Positions 20,538 to 29,649 of a stretch of DNA of 64,000 nucleotides are shown in pieces. Location of the stretch: NCBI GenBank assembly GCA_041664205.1, contig JBAYLF010000001.1:67380-131379 (forward strand), written 5' to 3'. The translations under genes and the position numbers were made by a program. The DNA is from Minisyncoccota bacterium (GTDB lineage Bacteria; Patescibacteriota; Minisyncoccia; Phycocordibacterales; JBAYLF01). Below the pieces are notes generated by a model that was not told the DNA's origin, ran no database searches, and saw only the letters and a list, made by a program, of their open reading frames with translations. Position 1 is the first letter of the stretch, and the number at the start of each line of letters is the position of its first letter.

Positions 20538-20640
20538 AGTGTTTTTTCAATTTATCACATTGGTTTGAAACCAATGTGATAAATCTTTCTGCAAGTAGTA
20601 ATATCACACTTTTTTTAAGTTAGCAATATTAATTCTTAAA
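20538..20640 (-). promoter_or_regulatory. Conserved leader/promoter of paralog A with a perfect 27-bp palindrome
   Basis: ctgcaagtagtaatatcacactttttttaagttagcaatatt is shared with the leader at 21340-21385. The palindrome atcacattggtttgaaaccaatgtgat lies between it and the start codon. Confidence 0.5.
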
Positions 20641-20642
20641 TA

Positions 20643-20670
20643 AAACCCTCTGCTAGATTTAGCAGAGGGT
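20643..20670 (-). terminator. Intrinsic terminator after paralog B
   Basis: aaccctctgctagatttagcagagggtt hairpin. Confidence 0.7.
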
Positions 20671-20694
20671 TAAAAACACTATATAATATTTAAA

Positions 20695-21303
20695 CTAACT
20701 TGGCTTTACGAGAATAAAACAATCCTCAACATCCATAGGTAATTTAAACCATGCTGTGGTTAATTTCCAATGGAACTTTAATCTTTCGTCCCAAATTCTA
20801 TTTACGCGAGGAATCTCATATTTTCTAGTCTTATTATTATTCCTAGAACCTGGGCTACAAAATAATTTTTTCTCATAATCTAGAGATGTCAGCCATCTGC
20901 CTTCAGGAAAACATTCTTTTTTAAGTTGCCACGCAAGAGTTAAACCTTGCATACCAACCAGAAGTGCTCCGTTCTTAATGAGAAAATCCAGACAATCATC
21001 TGTAGAAGTTTTTTCATCAACTTGCAAAATTTGAACAGAATATATTTTTCCAGGCTCAAGTTTATCACTTACATTCGAAAAATCTTCATCAGATATATTC
21101 CTCGGTATAAGAAATTTTTCACAAAATTCAGTATGTTTGCCTTTGGTTTTAGAAGCCTCTACACAAAATGAACTGACTTGTGTATTACTCACATAATCTG
21201 AAGGAATGGTTAAATAAAAACCTCCAATTAAACTAAATCTCGGATCCTCATGGATCAATGGTATGTTTAAAACTTTCGTATCTGTCGTTTCTGTCTTTGT
21301 CAT
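20695..21303 (-). CDS. Unknown-function protein, tandem paralog B
   Basis: See paralog A. The two share a near-identical roughly 45-nt upstream element. Confidence 0.5.
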   Translation of the reverse strand: MTKTETTDTKVLNIPLIHEDPRFSLIGGFYLTIPSDYVSNTQVSSFCVEASKTKGKHTEFCEKFLIPRNISDEDFSNVSDKLEPGKIYSVQILQVDEKTSTDDCLDFLIKNGALLVGMQGLTLAWQLKKECFPEGRWLTSLDYEKKLFCSPGSRNNNKTRKYEIPRVNRIWDERLKFHWKLTTAWFKLPMDVEDCFILVKPS

Positions 21304-21529
21304 ATTATTTTATTTTTCAATAATTACCACATTAATTTCATATCAAGGTGGCAATTCGTTCTGCGAGTAGTAATATCACACTTTTTTTAAGTTAGCAATA
21401 TTTATTTTGAAAAATTTTTAATTGTATATAAATATATTTTTTAAAACAATTCCAATATCATCCTAGATAGCCAAAGTAAAATCGTTCCACTCCTGTTGAA
21501 AAAAGACTAGTTTTTGCTACAATATTGGA

Positions 21530-22282
21530 ATGATTTCATGGTTTTTTAATGTTTTTTTCTATAAACCGCTATACAACGGCCTTATTTTTTTACTCTATAT
21601 TCTCCCTTCATGGGCTGATGTTGGTATTGCCATAGTTCTATTTACATGTCTTGTTAAACTCGCTCTCTTCCCTCTTTCTCAAAAATCGATCAAAACTCAA
21701 ATAAAAATGAAAGAAGTTGAACCAGAAATGGCTGCGATAAAAGAAAAGTTTAAAGATAATAAGGAAGAACAGGCTAGACAAATGATGGAAATTTATAAAA
21801 ATAAAAAAATAAATCCATTTTCAGGCATCCTTGTTCTTTTTCTTCAAATTCCTATAATTTTAGCCTTATATTTTATATTTTTCCAAGGAGGTCTCCCTAT
21901 AATCGATTCGGGCATGCTATATAATTTCATTCCAAAGCCAGAGTTCGTTAATATGAATTTTCTTGGTATTTTGGATGTATCAAAAAAAAGTGCTATACTG
22001 GCATTCCTAGCGGGTATAACACAATATATGCAAGCTAGATTGATGCCTTCACCACAGAAAAAACCAGGTGTTGAATCAACTTTCCAAGACGATTTAGCAA
22101 GAAGTATGAATTTGCAAATGAAATATGTGTTTCCTGTGATAATTTTCATGATTGCATGGAATATTTCAGGAGCAGTTGCGCTTTATTGGGCAACAAGCAA
22201 CTTATTTATGGTTGGACAAGAACTTTATGTAAGAAGAAAGTTTAAAAAAGATCAAAATAATAGCCAACCTGCAGTAATTTAA
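21530..22282 (+). CDS. yidC: Membrane protein insertase YidC (short form)
   Basis: 250 aa, 5 TM, with a conserved YidC/Oxa1 core. It is followed by jag. Confidence 0.85.
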   Translation: MISWFFNVFFYKPLYNGLIFLLYILPSWADVGIAIVLFTCLVKLALFPLSQKSIKTQIKMKEVEPEMAAIKEKFKDNKEEQARQMMEIYKNKKINPFSGILVLFLQIPIILALYFIFFQGGLPIIDSGMLYNFIPKPEFVNMNFLGILDVSKKSAILAFLAGITQYMQARLMPSPQKKPGVESTFQDDLARSMNLQMKYVFPVIIFMIAWNISGAVALYWATSNLFMVGQELYVRRKFKKDQNNSQPAVI

Positions 22283-22285
22283 AAC

Positions 22286-22786
22286 ATGGAAAACGAACAA
22301 ATAAAAAATTTAATAAATGATTTACTAAACAAAATGACGATATCTGTCGATTCTATTGAATTTTTAGAAGACGGATTCGGCGGTAAAACCCGCATTTTAA
22401 TACACACAAGAGACTCAAGATTGTTAATCGGAAAAGGTGGAGAAAATCTCTTCTCTTTATCCCATATAATCAACAAAATAATTCATAAAGGTCAGGGGGT
22501 TCAAGATGATCCAGAAAAAGAAGAGAAAAGATTCATTATTGATGTAAATAACTACCAAAACAATCTTGTTCAAGAATTAAAAGTAAAAACAATGATCTTG
22601 GCAGATCGCGCTCGATCTTTCAGAAAAGATATCGAGCTTGAACCAATGTCTTCTTATGAACGCATGATAATCCATACTTTTTTTGAAAATGATTCTACAA
22701 TCAAAACTCAATCAAAAGGAGAAGGTAGGGATAGAAGAGTTGTTCTCTGTTACAACGAAGAATTTAATGATCTAGAAAGAATTTAA
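22286..22786 (+). CDS. khpB: Jag/KhpB (KH plus R3H RNA-binding protein)
   Basis: LLIGKGGENL (KH GxxG) and an R3H-type ERMIIHTFFEND. Conserved yidC-jag pair. Confidence 0.8.
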   Translation: MENEQIKNLINDLLNKMTISVDSIEFLEDGFGGKTRILIHTRDSRLLIGKGGENLFSLSHIINKIIHKGQGVQDDPEKEEKRFIIDVNNYQNNLVQELKVKTMILADRARSFRKDIELEPMSSYERMIIHTFFENDSTIKTQSKGEGRDRRVVLCYNEEFNDLERI

Positions 22787-22800
22787 AGTTAAAACAAAAA

Positions 22801-22826
22801 ACTCCAGCAAAAGCTGGAGTTTTTTG
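22801..22826. terminator. Bidirectional terminator
   Basis: actccagcaaaagctggagt plus TTTTTG. Confidence 0.7.
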
Positions 22827-22846
22827 TTTTAAAATTCAATTAAATT

Positions 22847-24145
22847 TTAGTTCAATTTTAGACTCCATAATATAGAATCTTTTTTGTTTGTAAAAAATAG
22901 ATACGTTTCGCTATCATTCAAGAAAAGACTTACGGCATCAATATTTTTTGAGTTTTCAGTTACTGGACTTGAAACTATCTTAAATACTGAATTATTTAGA
23001 TTTATTTTCCATAATTCATCTGTAAAAGTTACAGAACCTTGATACCAATCATCAGGATATAATGCTTTAGGAATCTCTCTTGGAATTGCACAATACAAAG
23101 TTGCTGTTTCTTTTTTACTCCAAACGCATTTTTCTGGAAGAGTTGTAATTGTAAGCGACTCGTCTTTACCACTTTTCATAATTCGATGATAAAGAGAGAA
23201 AGTATCTCCTTGCGAAACAGAAAATATTATATGAGCAAGATCTGGCGAAACAAGCGAAGTCATACCATTTATATTGCCGATTTGTTTTTCAAATGTGCTT
23301 TTACCTTTACTTAGAAAGAATAAGAAACCAGGAACAGACGCTGAAGGTTTTGTTTGAAAAGCAACTATATCAGTTTGTGGCCATGATATTAACCAGCTCT
23401 TTATCGCTGATTGAAAAAATCCTTGTTTTTTTGTTCCATCAGGTTTTGAACTTACTCCTTGAGAACTATCTGAAGTTTCTTGAAGATAAAAAATCATATC
23501 TTTAAGCGGAGAAAGTGCAATTTCTTTTATATCTTGAGTAAGAAAATTACCATTTAATTCTTTTTCTGTGACCTGTTCTCCCGGCTGAGTGCTTTGAGGT
23601 GTTGTGCTCGCCTTTATACTGGTAGGTTGGAGTTTAGCATAAAAAGTATCTACTGATTCGGTATTATCTTTATTGTAACGGATTAGAACTGCTTCTCCTT
23701 TTTCCACCCATTTCGCTTCATAAATTTTAGGAATTGTTGTATTAGATATTTCTTTTATTTCTGGATAATTAGTTTGCGCTTCAAAAACATGACCTGTTGA
23801 TTTTTCCATAAAACGAACAAGATCATTATCATTTGTCTTTTTTATAGTTATTGCGCCAGCGATTGCAGTATTTGATATCTGTCTAAGTCTTGGAAGAGTA
23901 GTTGTTCCATTTTGATACGTTGGAGAAGTATTATTATTCTGATTCTGGGATGATTGATAGTTATTTTGCGTATTAGTATTGCTACTATTATTTGTTGACC
24001 CAAATGGATCAAACTCACTATTTAAAGGATTAAGCTGGCTTATATTTCCTCCTTGATTTAAAAATAGATAATAGAAAATAATAAGACCACCAATCAGAAC
24101 TATTAGAAAAATTATTATTGTTAGAGCTGTTGTTTTCTTAGACAT
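22847..24145 (-). CDS. Membrane-anchored secreted protein with an N/Q/S/T-rich linker (last gene of the T4SS-like locus)
   Basis: N-terminal TM IIIFLIVLIGGLIIFYYLF, a low-complexity linker, then a beta-rich C-terminal domain. Confidence 0.4.
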   Translation of the reverse strand: MSKKTTALTIIIFLIVLIGGLIIFYYLFLNQGGNISQLNPLNSEFDPFGSTNNSSNTNTQNNYQSSQNQNNNTSPTYQNGTTTLPRLRQISNTAIAGAITIKKTNDNDLVRFMEKSTGHVFEAQTNYPEIKEISNTTIPKIYEAKWVEKGEAVLIRYNKDNTESVDTFYAKLQPTSIKASTTPQSTQPGEQVTEKELNGNFLTQDIKEIALSPLKDMIFYLQETSDSSQGVSSKPDGTKKQGFFQSAIKSWLISWPQTDIVAFQTKPSASVPGFLFFLSKGKSTFEKQIGNINGMTSLVSPDLAHIIFSVSQGDTFSLYHRIMKSGKDESLTITTLPEKCVWSKKETATLYCAIPREIPKALYPDDWYQGSVTFTDELWKINLNNSVFKIVSSPVTENSKNIDAVSLFLNDSETYLFFTNKKDSILWSLKLN

Positions 24146-24249
24146 AGTTATATTTTAAAACAATAAGTAGGGTTTGTTTAGTGTATAACTTTATTTTTAC
24201 ATCAAACAAAATACTTCTATCAATACCCGAAAAAACCGCTTAATTAATA

Positions 24250-24684
24250 TTAATTTGAAGTTGAACCCCCCGAGTTTGTATTAACTTGTTGAATATCAAG
24301 AGAAAAAGTAACCAACTTAGGATTTATCGTATACAAAACCATGTATGAAGTCAGCGCAAGTAAAAGTCCGAGCAATGCATAAGTAACTTTACTCTTTCCT
24401 TCTTCCTTACCTGTAAATGAATCTGTAGACATATACTGTGCGCCACCAAGTATGATCATAATTAATGCAAGAAATATAGCGGTAGCAACTCCAACTTTAT
24501 AAAGAACATTTAAATATGCTACGAAACCTCCGCCTGTATATTCGGCGCCTTGAAGTTTAAAGTCAGCAAGAGGAACATATTCAGTAGAAGAGTTTCCAGT
24601 AGTATCCTCAGCAAATGCACAAAAAGGCAAAAATATCCCTATAAGCAAAAAAATCATTGATATGCCAACTATGTATTTCTTCAT
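24250..24684 (-). CDS. VirB2/TrbC-like pilin candidate
   Basis: 144 aa with a signal peptide and two hydrophobic helices (ATAIFLALIMIILGGAQYM and LLGLLLALTSYMVLYTI), the typical T4SS pilin architecture. Confidence 0.4.
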   Translation of the reverse strand: MKKYIVGISMIFLLIGIFLPFCAFAEDTTGNSSTEYVPLADFKLQGAEYTGGGFVAYLNVLYKVGVATAIFLALIMIILGGAQYMSTDSFTGKEEGKSKVTYALLGLLLALTSYMVLYTINPKLVTFSLDIQQVNTNSGGSTSN

Positions 24685-24719
24685 GTATTAATTAATTTAT
24701 TCTTTAATTAAAGTTAAAC

Positions 24720-25904
24720 TTATAATCCAAAAGTAGCTTGGCCATTTGGACTAAACTTCAGCGAAAAAGACGATTCGGCTGATTGGAATGTTTTAGAAAG
24801 ACTTTTTACAAAAACATCAATTGCTGAAGCTCCTTCCTTACTGTCAGCATTTCTGAATAAAATGTTTCCACTATTGTTTCCAGTAATATCTTGCTTGTTC
24901 ATTTGCCATCTATATTTAAGTGTCGAATCATTTCTGTTTGTGACACTAAAAAAGTAAGGTATTGCAACAAATTTCATTTCTTTACCTGTAAGTGATGTTT
25001 CTTTTTGTATCTTATTGTTATAAAGAATTCCAAAAAGCGGACTATTTTCATATATCGCAATTTTAGGTTGGCTATTAGAAGGATCGAAAAACACAGACCT
25101 CTCGGCAGATAAACTTCCCCCCATAGATTTTGCAACAACTTTTATTGTTGTAGGTCTTGTTATTGGGGTTGTATTAAAAACAAAAACATTTTTTCCATAA
25201 CCAGATGCTCCACTAACAACCGAGCCATTCTGTGACCAAGTGTATATAAGATTATTAGGATCAAGACGTTTGCCTCCATAAATAAAATTAGGAAAAGCAA
25301 CTATTGTTACACTGCTTTCTATCGTAAAAAGCGCTTTCCCAGAATAAAAAGGAGGGGTATAAGTATTCGCATCCCAGATCAAATCAACTTCTGCTGGTAT
25401 AAATGAAAGAACTTTCTTAACATAATTTCCATCATTTGTTGTAACTTCTACACTAACAACACTTTCCTTCCCCAATCCACCTGTAGTAAAACCGAAACTT
25501 TTTTCACCGGTTCCGCTAAGTTCTGTTTTACCGTTAACTCTCCAAATAACTTCAGATCGATCTAGATCAAAAGAAAAACTTTGAAGTGTTATTGTTACAT
25601 CATCATATGCTTTTGGATTTTGAGGACTAGAAACAACGGTAAGATTTTCTACTGTCGTAGATTCTTGCTGAAGCGGAGTAAAATCGACTGGCTCATAAGG
25701 TGGAGTAACTAGTGGTGTATAGATATCTGTAGTAGATGTATCATCAGTAGAATCTGATACTAAATCTGCTTGAGCAAACTCAGGAGGCAAAGGAGTATCT
25801 ATTGTTTGTGCAAAAGTTATAAAAGGCAAAAAGAATAAGACGAGTAATAAAATTATTCCTGTTTTCAAAATGGCATTATTACTTTGTGATTTTATAAAAA
25901 CCAT
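24720..25904 (-). CDS. Secreted beta-rich (Ig-like repeats) protein
   Basis: Signal peptide/TM, an acidic T-rich linker, and repeated beta-strand-pattern segments. Confidence 0.4.
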   Translation of the reverse strand: MVFIKSQSNNAILKTGIILLLVLFFLPFITFAQTIDTPLPPEFAQADLVSDSTDDTSTTDIYTPLVTPPYEPVDFTPLQQESTTVENLTVVSSPQNPKAYDDVTITLQSFSFDLDRSEVIWRVNGKTELSGTGEKSFGFTTGGLGKESVVSVEVTTNDGNYVKKVLSFIPAEVDLIWDANTYTPPFYSGKALFTIESSVTIVAFPNFIYGGKRLDPNNLIYTWSQNGSVVSGASGYGKNVFVFNTTPITRPTTIKVVAKSMGGSLSAERSVFFDPSNSQPKIAIYENSPLFGILYNNKIQKETSLTGKEMKFVAIPYFFSVTNRNDSTLKYRWQMNKQDITGNNSGNILFRNADSKEGASAIDVFVKSLSKTFQSAESSFSLKFSPNGQATFGL

Positions 25905-25931
25905 TATTTATTTTTGAATTAACTTAATAAA

Positions 25932-26438
25932 TTATTTTATTGGAAGCGATCTTGTTTTTGTAGTATTTATTTTTTGAACACTTTTACCTTTTGGAATTGC
26001 AGAGCCTCTGGCAACATTTTGTTTTTTTGGTGTGGCTTGATTTCTATTTCTTGAATAGCGAGATGATACATTTCCACTACTGATCATACTATTATTATAC
26101 TCTGCATCTTCTTCTCTAACAATTTTAGTAACTCTCCAAACCATAAAAGTATAATCTGGAATGAATGCACCAACTTCAGGAATAGCACTAACTACTGCAG
26201 AAATTATAAAAGTTCTTGCTTTCTTAGCTTCCCATATCGATATTGATTTTGATGCAAACCATAATCCAAATAATGAATAACCTAATAAATCAATAATGAG
26301 TCCGAATATCCAACCGATAACAGGAATCAACTCTATAAGATTCAAAATATCAAAAAATATTGCTGTTCCAATCATTAGGTCATAATCAATACCTGAAATT
26401 CTTTCCCTTGGTGTTGTATTTGTTCTTACGCCATCCAT
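25932..26438 (-). CDS. Small polytopic membrane protein with a basic C-terminal tail
   Basis: 3 predicted TM segments and a K/R-rich tail. Confidence 0.4.
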   Translation of the reverse strand: MDGVRTNTTPRERISGIDYDLMIGTAIFFDILNLIELIPVIGWIFGLIIDLLGYSLFGLWFASKSISIWEAKKARTFIISAVVSAIPEVGAFIPDYTFMVWRVTKIVREEDAEYNNSMISSGNVSSRYSRNRNQATPKKQNVARGSAIPKGKSVQKINTTKTRSLPIK

Positions 26439-26440
26439 AT

Positions 26441-28330
26441 TTATTTTTTCGTTACAGCTTCTTCATCTTTTCCTTGACCTGCACTTTCAGAAGCCTGCTG
26501 AGCTGCTTCCATTTGTTTGCGATCATCTTTTGCCTTTCTTATTGCCAAAAGCTGTGAAGGGTCTGAAGTAATGATCTGATCTTCTGTATAAGATGAAATA
26601 ACTTTGATAGCTACATGCTTCATTCCAGCGAAAAATATTCCCTCCCCTACGTCAGATTCAAGCAAAAGATATTTTTCCTCTTCTGTAAGATTAAATGTTC
26701 TTTGAATATTATCTATTGATGATGGCGACTGCTTCAATAAAAGCTGAATGGATGAGTTCGTAATAATAGGAAGACCGTATGGCGATTTCAAAAAGTCATC
26801 AACATCCTGCGTAATAGTAGCAAGGCCAAGATAATATTTTCTTCCTCTTTTTGCCAAAGAAAGCAAGAATGATGCAGTATCTTCGGATTTCATCATCCAC
26901 CAAGCCTCGTCAATAACCAGCAATCGTTTCTTTAGTTCTTTTCTAATGGCATTCCATATAAAGTGCGTAACAATATACATAGCAACTGGTTTCAATTCGT
27001 CTTCCATGTCTCTAATAGAGAACACTACGAATTTTTTGTTTATATCAACGTTTGTTGGTTGGTTAATGAAACCTGACCATGTTCCTTTAGTATATTTTGC
27101 AAGTTTTGCAACAAGCGACTCGGCGCCGTCCATACCAGCAAGTACTAATTCAAAGTCAGAAAGAAGTGGTGGTTCGAGATTAGCAAAATCAGATTCCGCA
27201 GTAATGTCTTTAAGTGCATAAGTTTCGGTAATAGCTCGGTCAATAATAGAATCTTCTTCAGGAGTAAGTCCTCCAAGCATAATACGAAAAAGTCCTACAA
27301 GGTTAACGATGTTTGAACGCAAAACATCTGATGGCGATTCATCTTCTCTTGGCATTGGAAGATCAAAAGGATTTATATGATGTTCTGATGTAAGAGATAT
27401 CTTAAAATATCTACCTCCTGTTGCTTCCGCGAGATATTCGTACTCTCTTTCAGGGTCAATCACAAGAACATCGGAATCAAACATCAGTGTTCTTATAATC
27501 TCAAGTTTTGTTGTGTATGATTTTCCCGCTCCAGCTTTTGCAAAAGTTACAGAGTTATAGTTTTCAAGAGAAAATCTATCAAAAAGAATAAGACTTGAAT
27601 TGTGACGATTTATTCCATAAAGAATACCTTTATCCGAAGTAAGGTCAAAAGAAATAAATGGGAAAAGACTTGAAAGAGGCGACGAATTTAATTTCGAGTG
27701 AACATTTAAAAGATCGGTAGCTATTGGTATAACACTTTTAAATCCTTGCTCCTGCTGGAAAAGAGCTGGTTTTACGTAAACTAAACGAGCCTCAAGGATT
27801 GATTTAATCTCTGATTCTACCTTATCAATCTCTGCTTCATTATCACCATATATAGAAATATATAATCCGACATCAAAAATTCTCTCTTGCGCTCTTTGAA
27901 GATCATCTCGAAGTCTTTCGAGATCTTGATATGCTGTGTCCAACATCGGATCGCGAACAACTCCTTTTTCTTCTCTTGTATGTATCTGACTTTGAACCTC
28001 GGCCACTTTTTTCTGGAACTGTCTCAAAACAGTTGAAGTATCTATAGGATGAACAAAAATTGAAATATCATAAACTTTATCCAAGTTTATAATAGGAGCA
28101 AACCAATTATCAGAAAGAAAACGCGGATATGAAATAACGTAAAAGGTACGAACAATTTTATCGCCAAGATTTAATTCTTTTGATGTAATCTTAAGAGCTG
28201 ATGGCGCAATAACATCCTTGAGCTCTAAAACTCCAGTGTCATAAATTTCTTGAGGTAAAAATGAACTGATGTCAGTTGTTTTTTTCTCTTCTTTTTTTGT
28301 TTTACCGAAAAGATCGTCTAATAAAGACAT
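26441..28330 (-). CDS. virB4: VirB4/TrbE-family type IV secretion ATPase
   Basis: Walker A AKAGAGKSYTT and Walker B LLVIDEAWWMM (the DEAW signature of VirB4). The N-terminal IAPSALKITSKELNLGDKIVRTFYVISYPRF resembles the VirB4/PrgJ-type N-domain. Confidence 0.85.
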   Translation of the reverse strand: MSLLDDLFGKTKKEEKKTTDISSFLPQEIYDTGVLELKDVIAPSALKITSKELNLGDKIVRTFYVISYPRFLSDNWFAPIINLDKVYDISIFVHPIDTSTVLRQFQKKVAEVQSQIHTREEKGVVRDPMLDTAYQDLERLRDDLQRAQERIFDVGLYISIYGDNEAEIDKVESEIKSILEARLVYVKPALFQQEQGFKSVIPIATDLLNVHSKLNSSPLSSLFPFISFDLTSDKGILYGINRHNSSLILFDRFSLENYNSVTFAKAGAGKSYTTKLEIIRTLMFDSDVLVIDPEREYEYLAEATGGRYFKISLTSEHHINPFDLPMPREDESPSDVLRSNIVNLVGLFRIMLGGLTPEEDSIIDRAITETYALKDITAESDFANLEPPLLSDFELVLAGMDGAESLVAKLAKYTKGTWSGFINQPTNVDINKKFVVFSIRDMEDELKPVAMYIVTHFIWNAIRKELKKRLLVIDEAWWMMKSEDTASFLLSLAKRGRKYYLGLATITQDVDDFLKSPYGLPIITNSSIQLLLKQSPSSIDNIQRTFNLTEEEKYLLLESDVGEGIFFAGMKHVAIKVISSYTEDQIITSDPSQLLAIRKAKDDRKQMEAAQQASESAGQGKDEEAVTKK

Positions 28331-28356
28331 ATGATTTTAATTAAATTTCTTAGTGA

Positions 28357-29019
28357 TTACTCTAATTGAATAGGTTTCTCCATTTCTCCAGGATTAAATA
28401 ATTTATAAAATAACTCGATTATTTCTTCCGTTCCTAATTGAACGACTCTTACACCACAACGAACAAGTCCTTGCTCTACTACTGATATACGCTGTTCTAA
28501 TTGAGTTCGATGTTCTTCAAAATCAAAACTCTGGTCGGCTTTTTTAGAAGTAGGTTTGTCTTTCTGTGGAAGTATTCCTCCAAATGTTGATTTTTTTATA
28601 TTCAAAATTGCTGGACTGTATGGAATAACAATGAAAAAACTTTTTGTCATAATGTTCGTGCTTTCTGTAAAAGTTCTGATGAATTCTATATACTCACCTG
28701 TTTGAATTTTCATTAGATCTGAAACCTGATCTTTAAGCCTGTTTTCCAAAAGAGCAATGTAAGGTCTAATATCAAGTTTTCTTGATTCTGCAAATATTTG
28801 TATTGAAAAATTAACTGAGTTAAGAAAATTCTGAAACTGCAATATAATAGCGTTCTGCTCATCTTCTGACTTCAATGCAAAGTTTAATGATGATGTCATA
28901 ACAATTGCCCTTAAAGATCCGTCTTTAAGCACTACAATACCGTCTCGGATTTCTTTCATTGGAATAAAATCCTGTGTTGCTTTTGCGTTTTGAGTATTTT
29001 GTGTATTTGGTGCGACCAT
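28357..29019 (-). CDS. Stand-alone VirB4 N-terminal-domain-like (CagE/TrbE/VirB family) protein
   Basis: IRDGIVVLKDGSLRAIVMTSSLNFALKSEDEQNAIILQFQNFLNSV and C-terminal LVRCGVRVVQLGTEEIIELFYKLFNP resemble the N-domain of Gram-negative VirB4. There is no ATPase motif. Confidence 0.4.
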   Translation of the reverse strand: MVAPNTQNTQNAKATQDFIPMKEIRDGIVVLKDGSLRAIVMTSSLNFALKSEDEQNAIILQFQNFLNSVNFSIQIFAESRKLDIRPYIALLENRLKDQVSDLMKIQTGEYIEFIRTFTESTNIMTKSFFIVIPYSPAILNIKKSTFGGILPQKDKPTSKKADQSFDFEEHRTQLEQRISVVEQGLVRCGVRVVQLGTEEIIELFYKLFNPGEMEKPIQLE

Positions 29020-29046
29020 TTAATATTTTTGTTTAAATTGAAATTT

Positions 29047-29499
29047 TTAAAATTTAATCGAATTTTTTTCTTTAATTTCTTTACTTACTCCGCTTAAGTT
29101 TTCATTAATATCTAAACTCCATGTAAGCTCTTTTAATTTACTTTCGGAAAGTTTAGGAATTCTTAAGGAGGATTTTGCTTGTGCTTCTTCTTTTTTAAGT
29201 GTTTTCTTTTCTTCTTTCTTCCAAAGATATAATCTTGATCCTAAATAATATCTAATTGCAGACTCGACGACGAAAATAAAAGGTTTGTTGTTAATTTTAA
29301 TAAACGCTAGAGCAAAAGAAAATCCAAGAACGGGCGCAATAATTAAAAGTGCTGCATAAAATGGCAACAATTTATAAACAATAAATGCAATACCTAGACC
29401 TCCCCCCATATAAACAAATTGTTTAAATGTAAATGGTCCAATTATTTTGTCTTCTATTTCAATGAATTGTGGAACTTGATAACGCATGATATTTTTCAA
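29047..29499 (-). CDS. VirB3/PrgI-like small membrane protein
   Basis: 150 aa. YQVPQFIEIEDKIIGPFTFKQFVYMGGG followed by two TM helices, the PrgI/VirB3 arrangement, immediately upstream of the VirB4 genes. Confidence 0.4.
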   Translation of the reverse strand: MKNIMRYQVPQFIEIEDKIIGPFTFKQFVYMGGGLGIAFIVYKLLPFYAALLIIAPVLGFSFALAFIKINNKPFIFVVESAIRYYLGSRLYLWKKEEKKTLKKEEAQAKSSLRIPKLSESKLKELTWSLDINENLSGVSKEIKEKNSIKF

Positions 29500-29536
29500 T
29501 TTTTACTCCATTCTTATCACTACTATTTACTTTTCT

Positions 29537-29610
29537 GTCATTCCCGCGAAGGCGGGAATCCAGTCTTCATCTTCTCTACTCTGGATTCCCGCCTTCGCGG
29601 GAATGACAGT
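29537..29610. repeat. Double-hairpin palindromic repeat element, copy 1
   Basis: tgtcattcccgcgaaggcgggaatccag ...17 nt... ctggattcccgccttcgcgggaatgaca. Each arm is itself a GAAG/CTTC-loop hairpin. It is GC-rich relative to its surroundings, and a second copy lies at 40129-40200. Confidence 0.7.
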
Positions 29611-29649
29611 GTTGAAGACTTCACAACTTTAAACACTCTTACCCTACAA

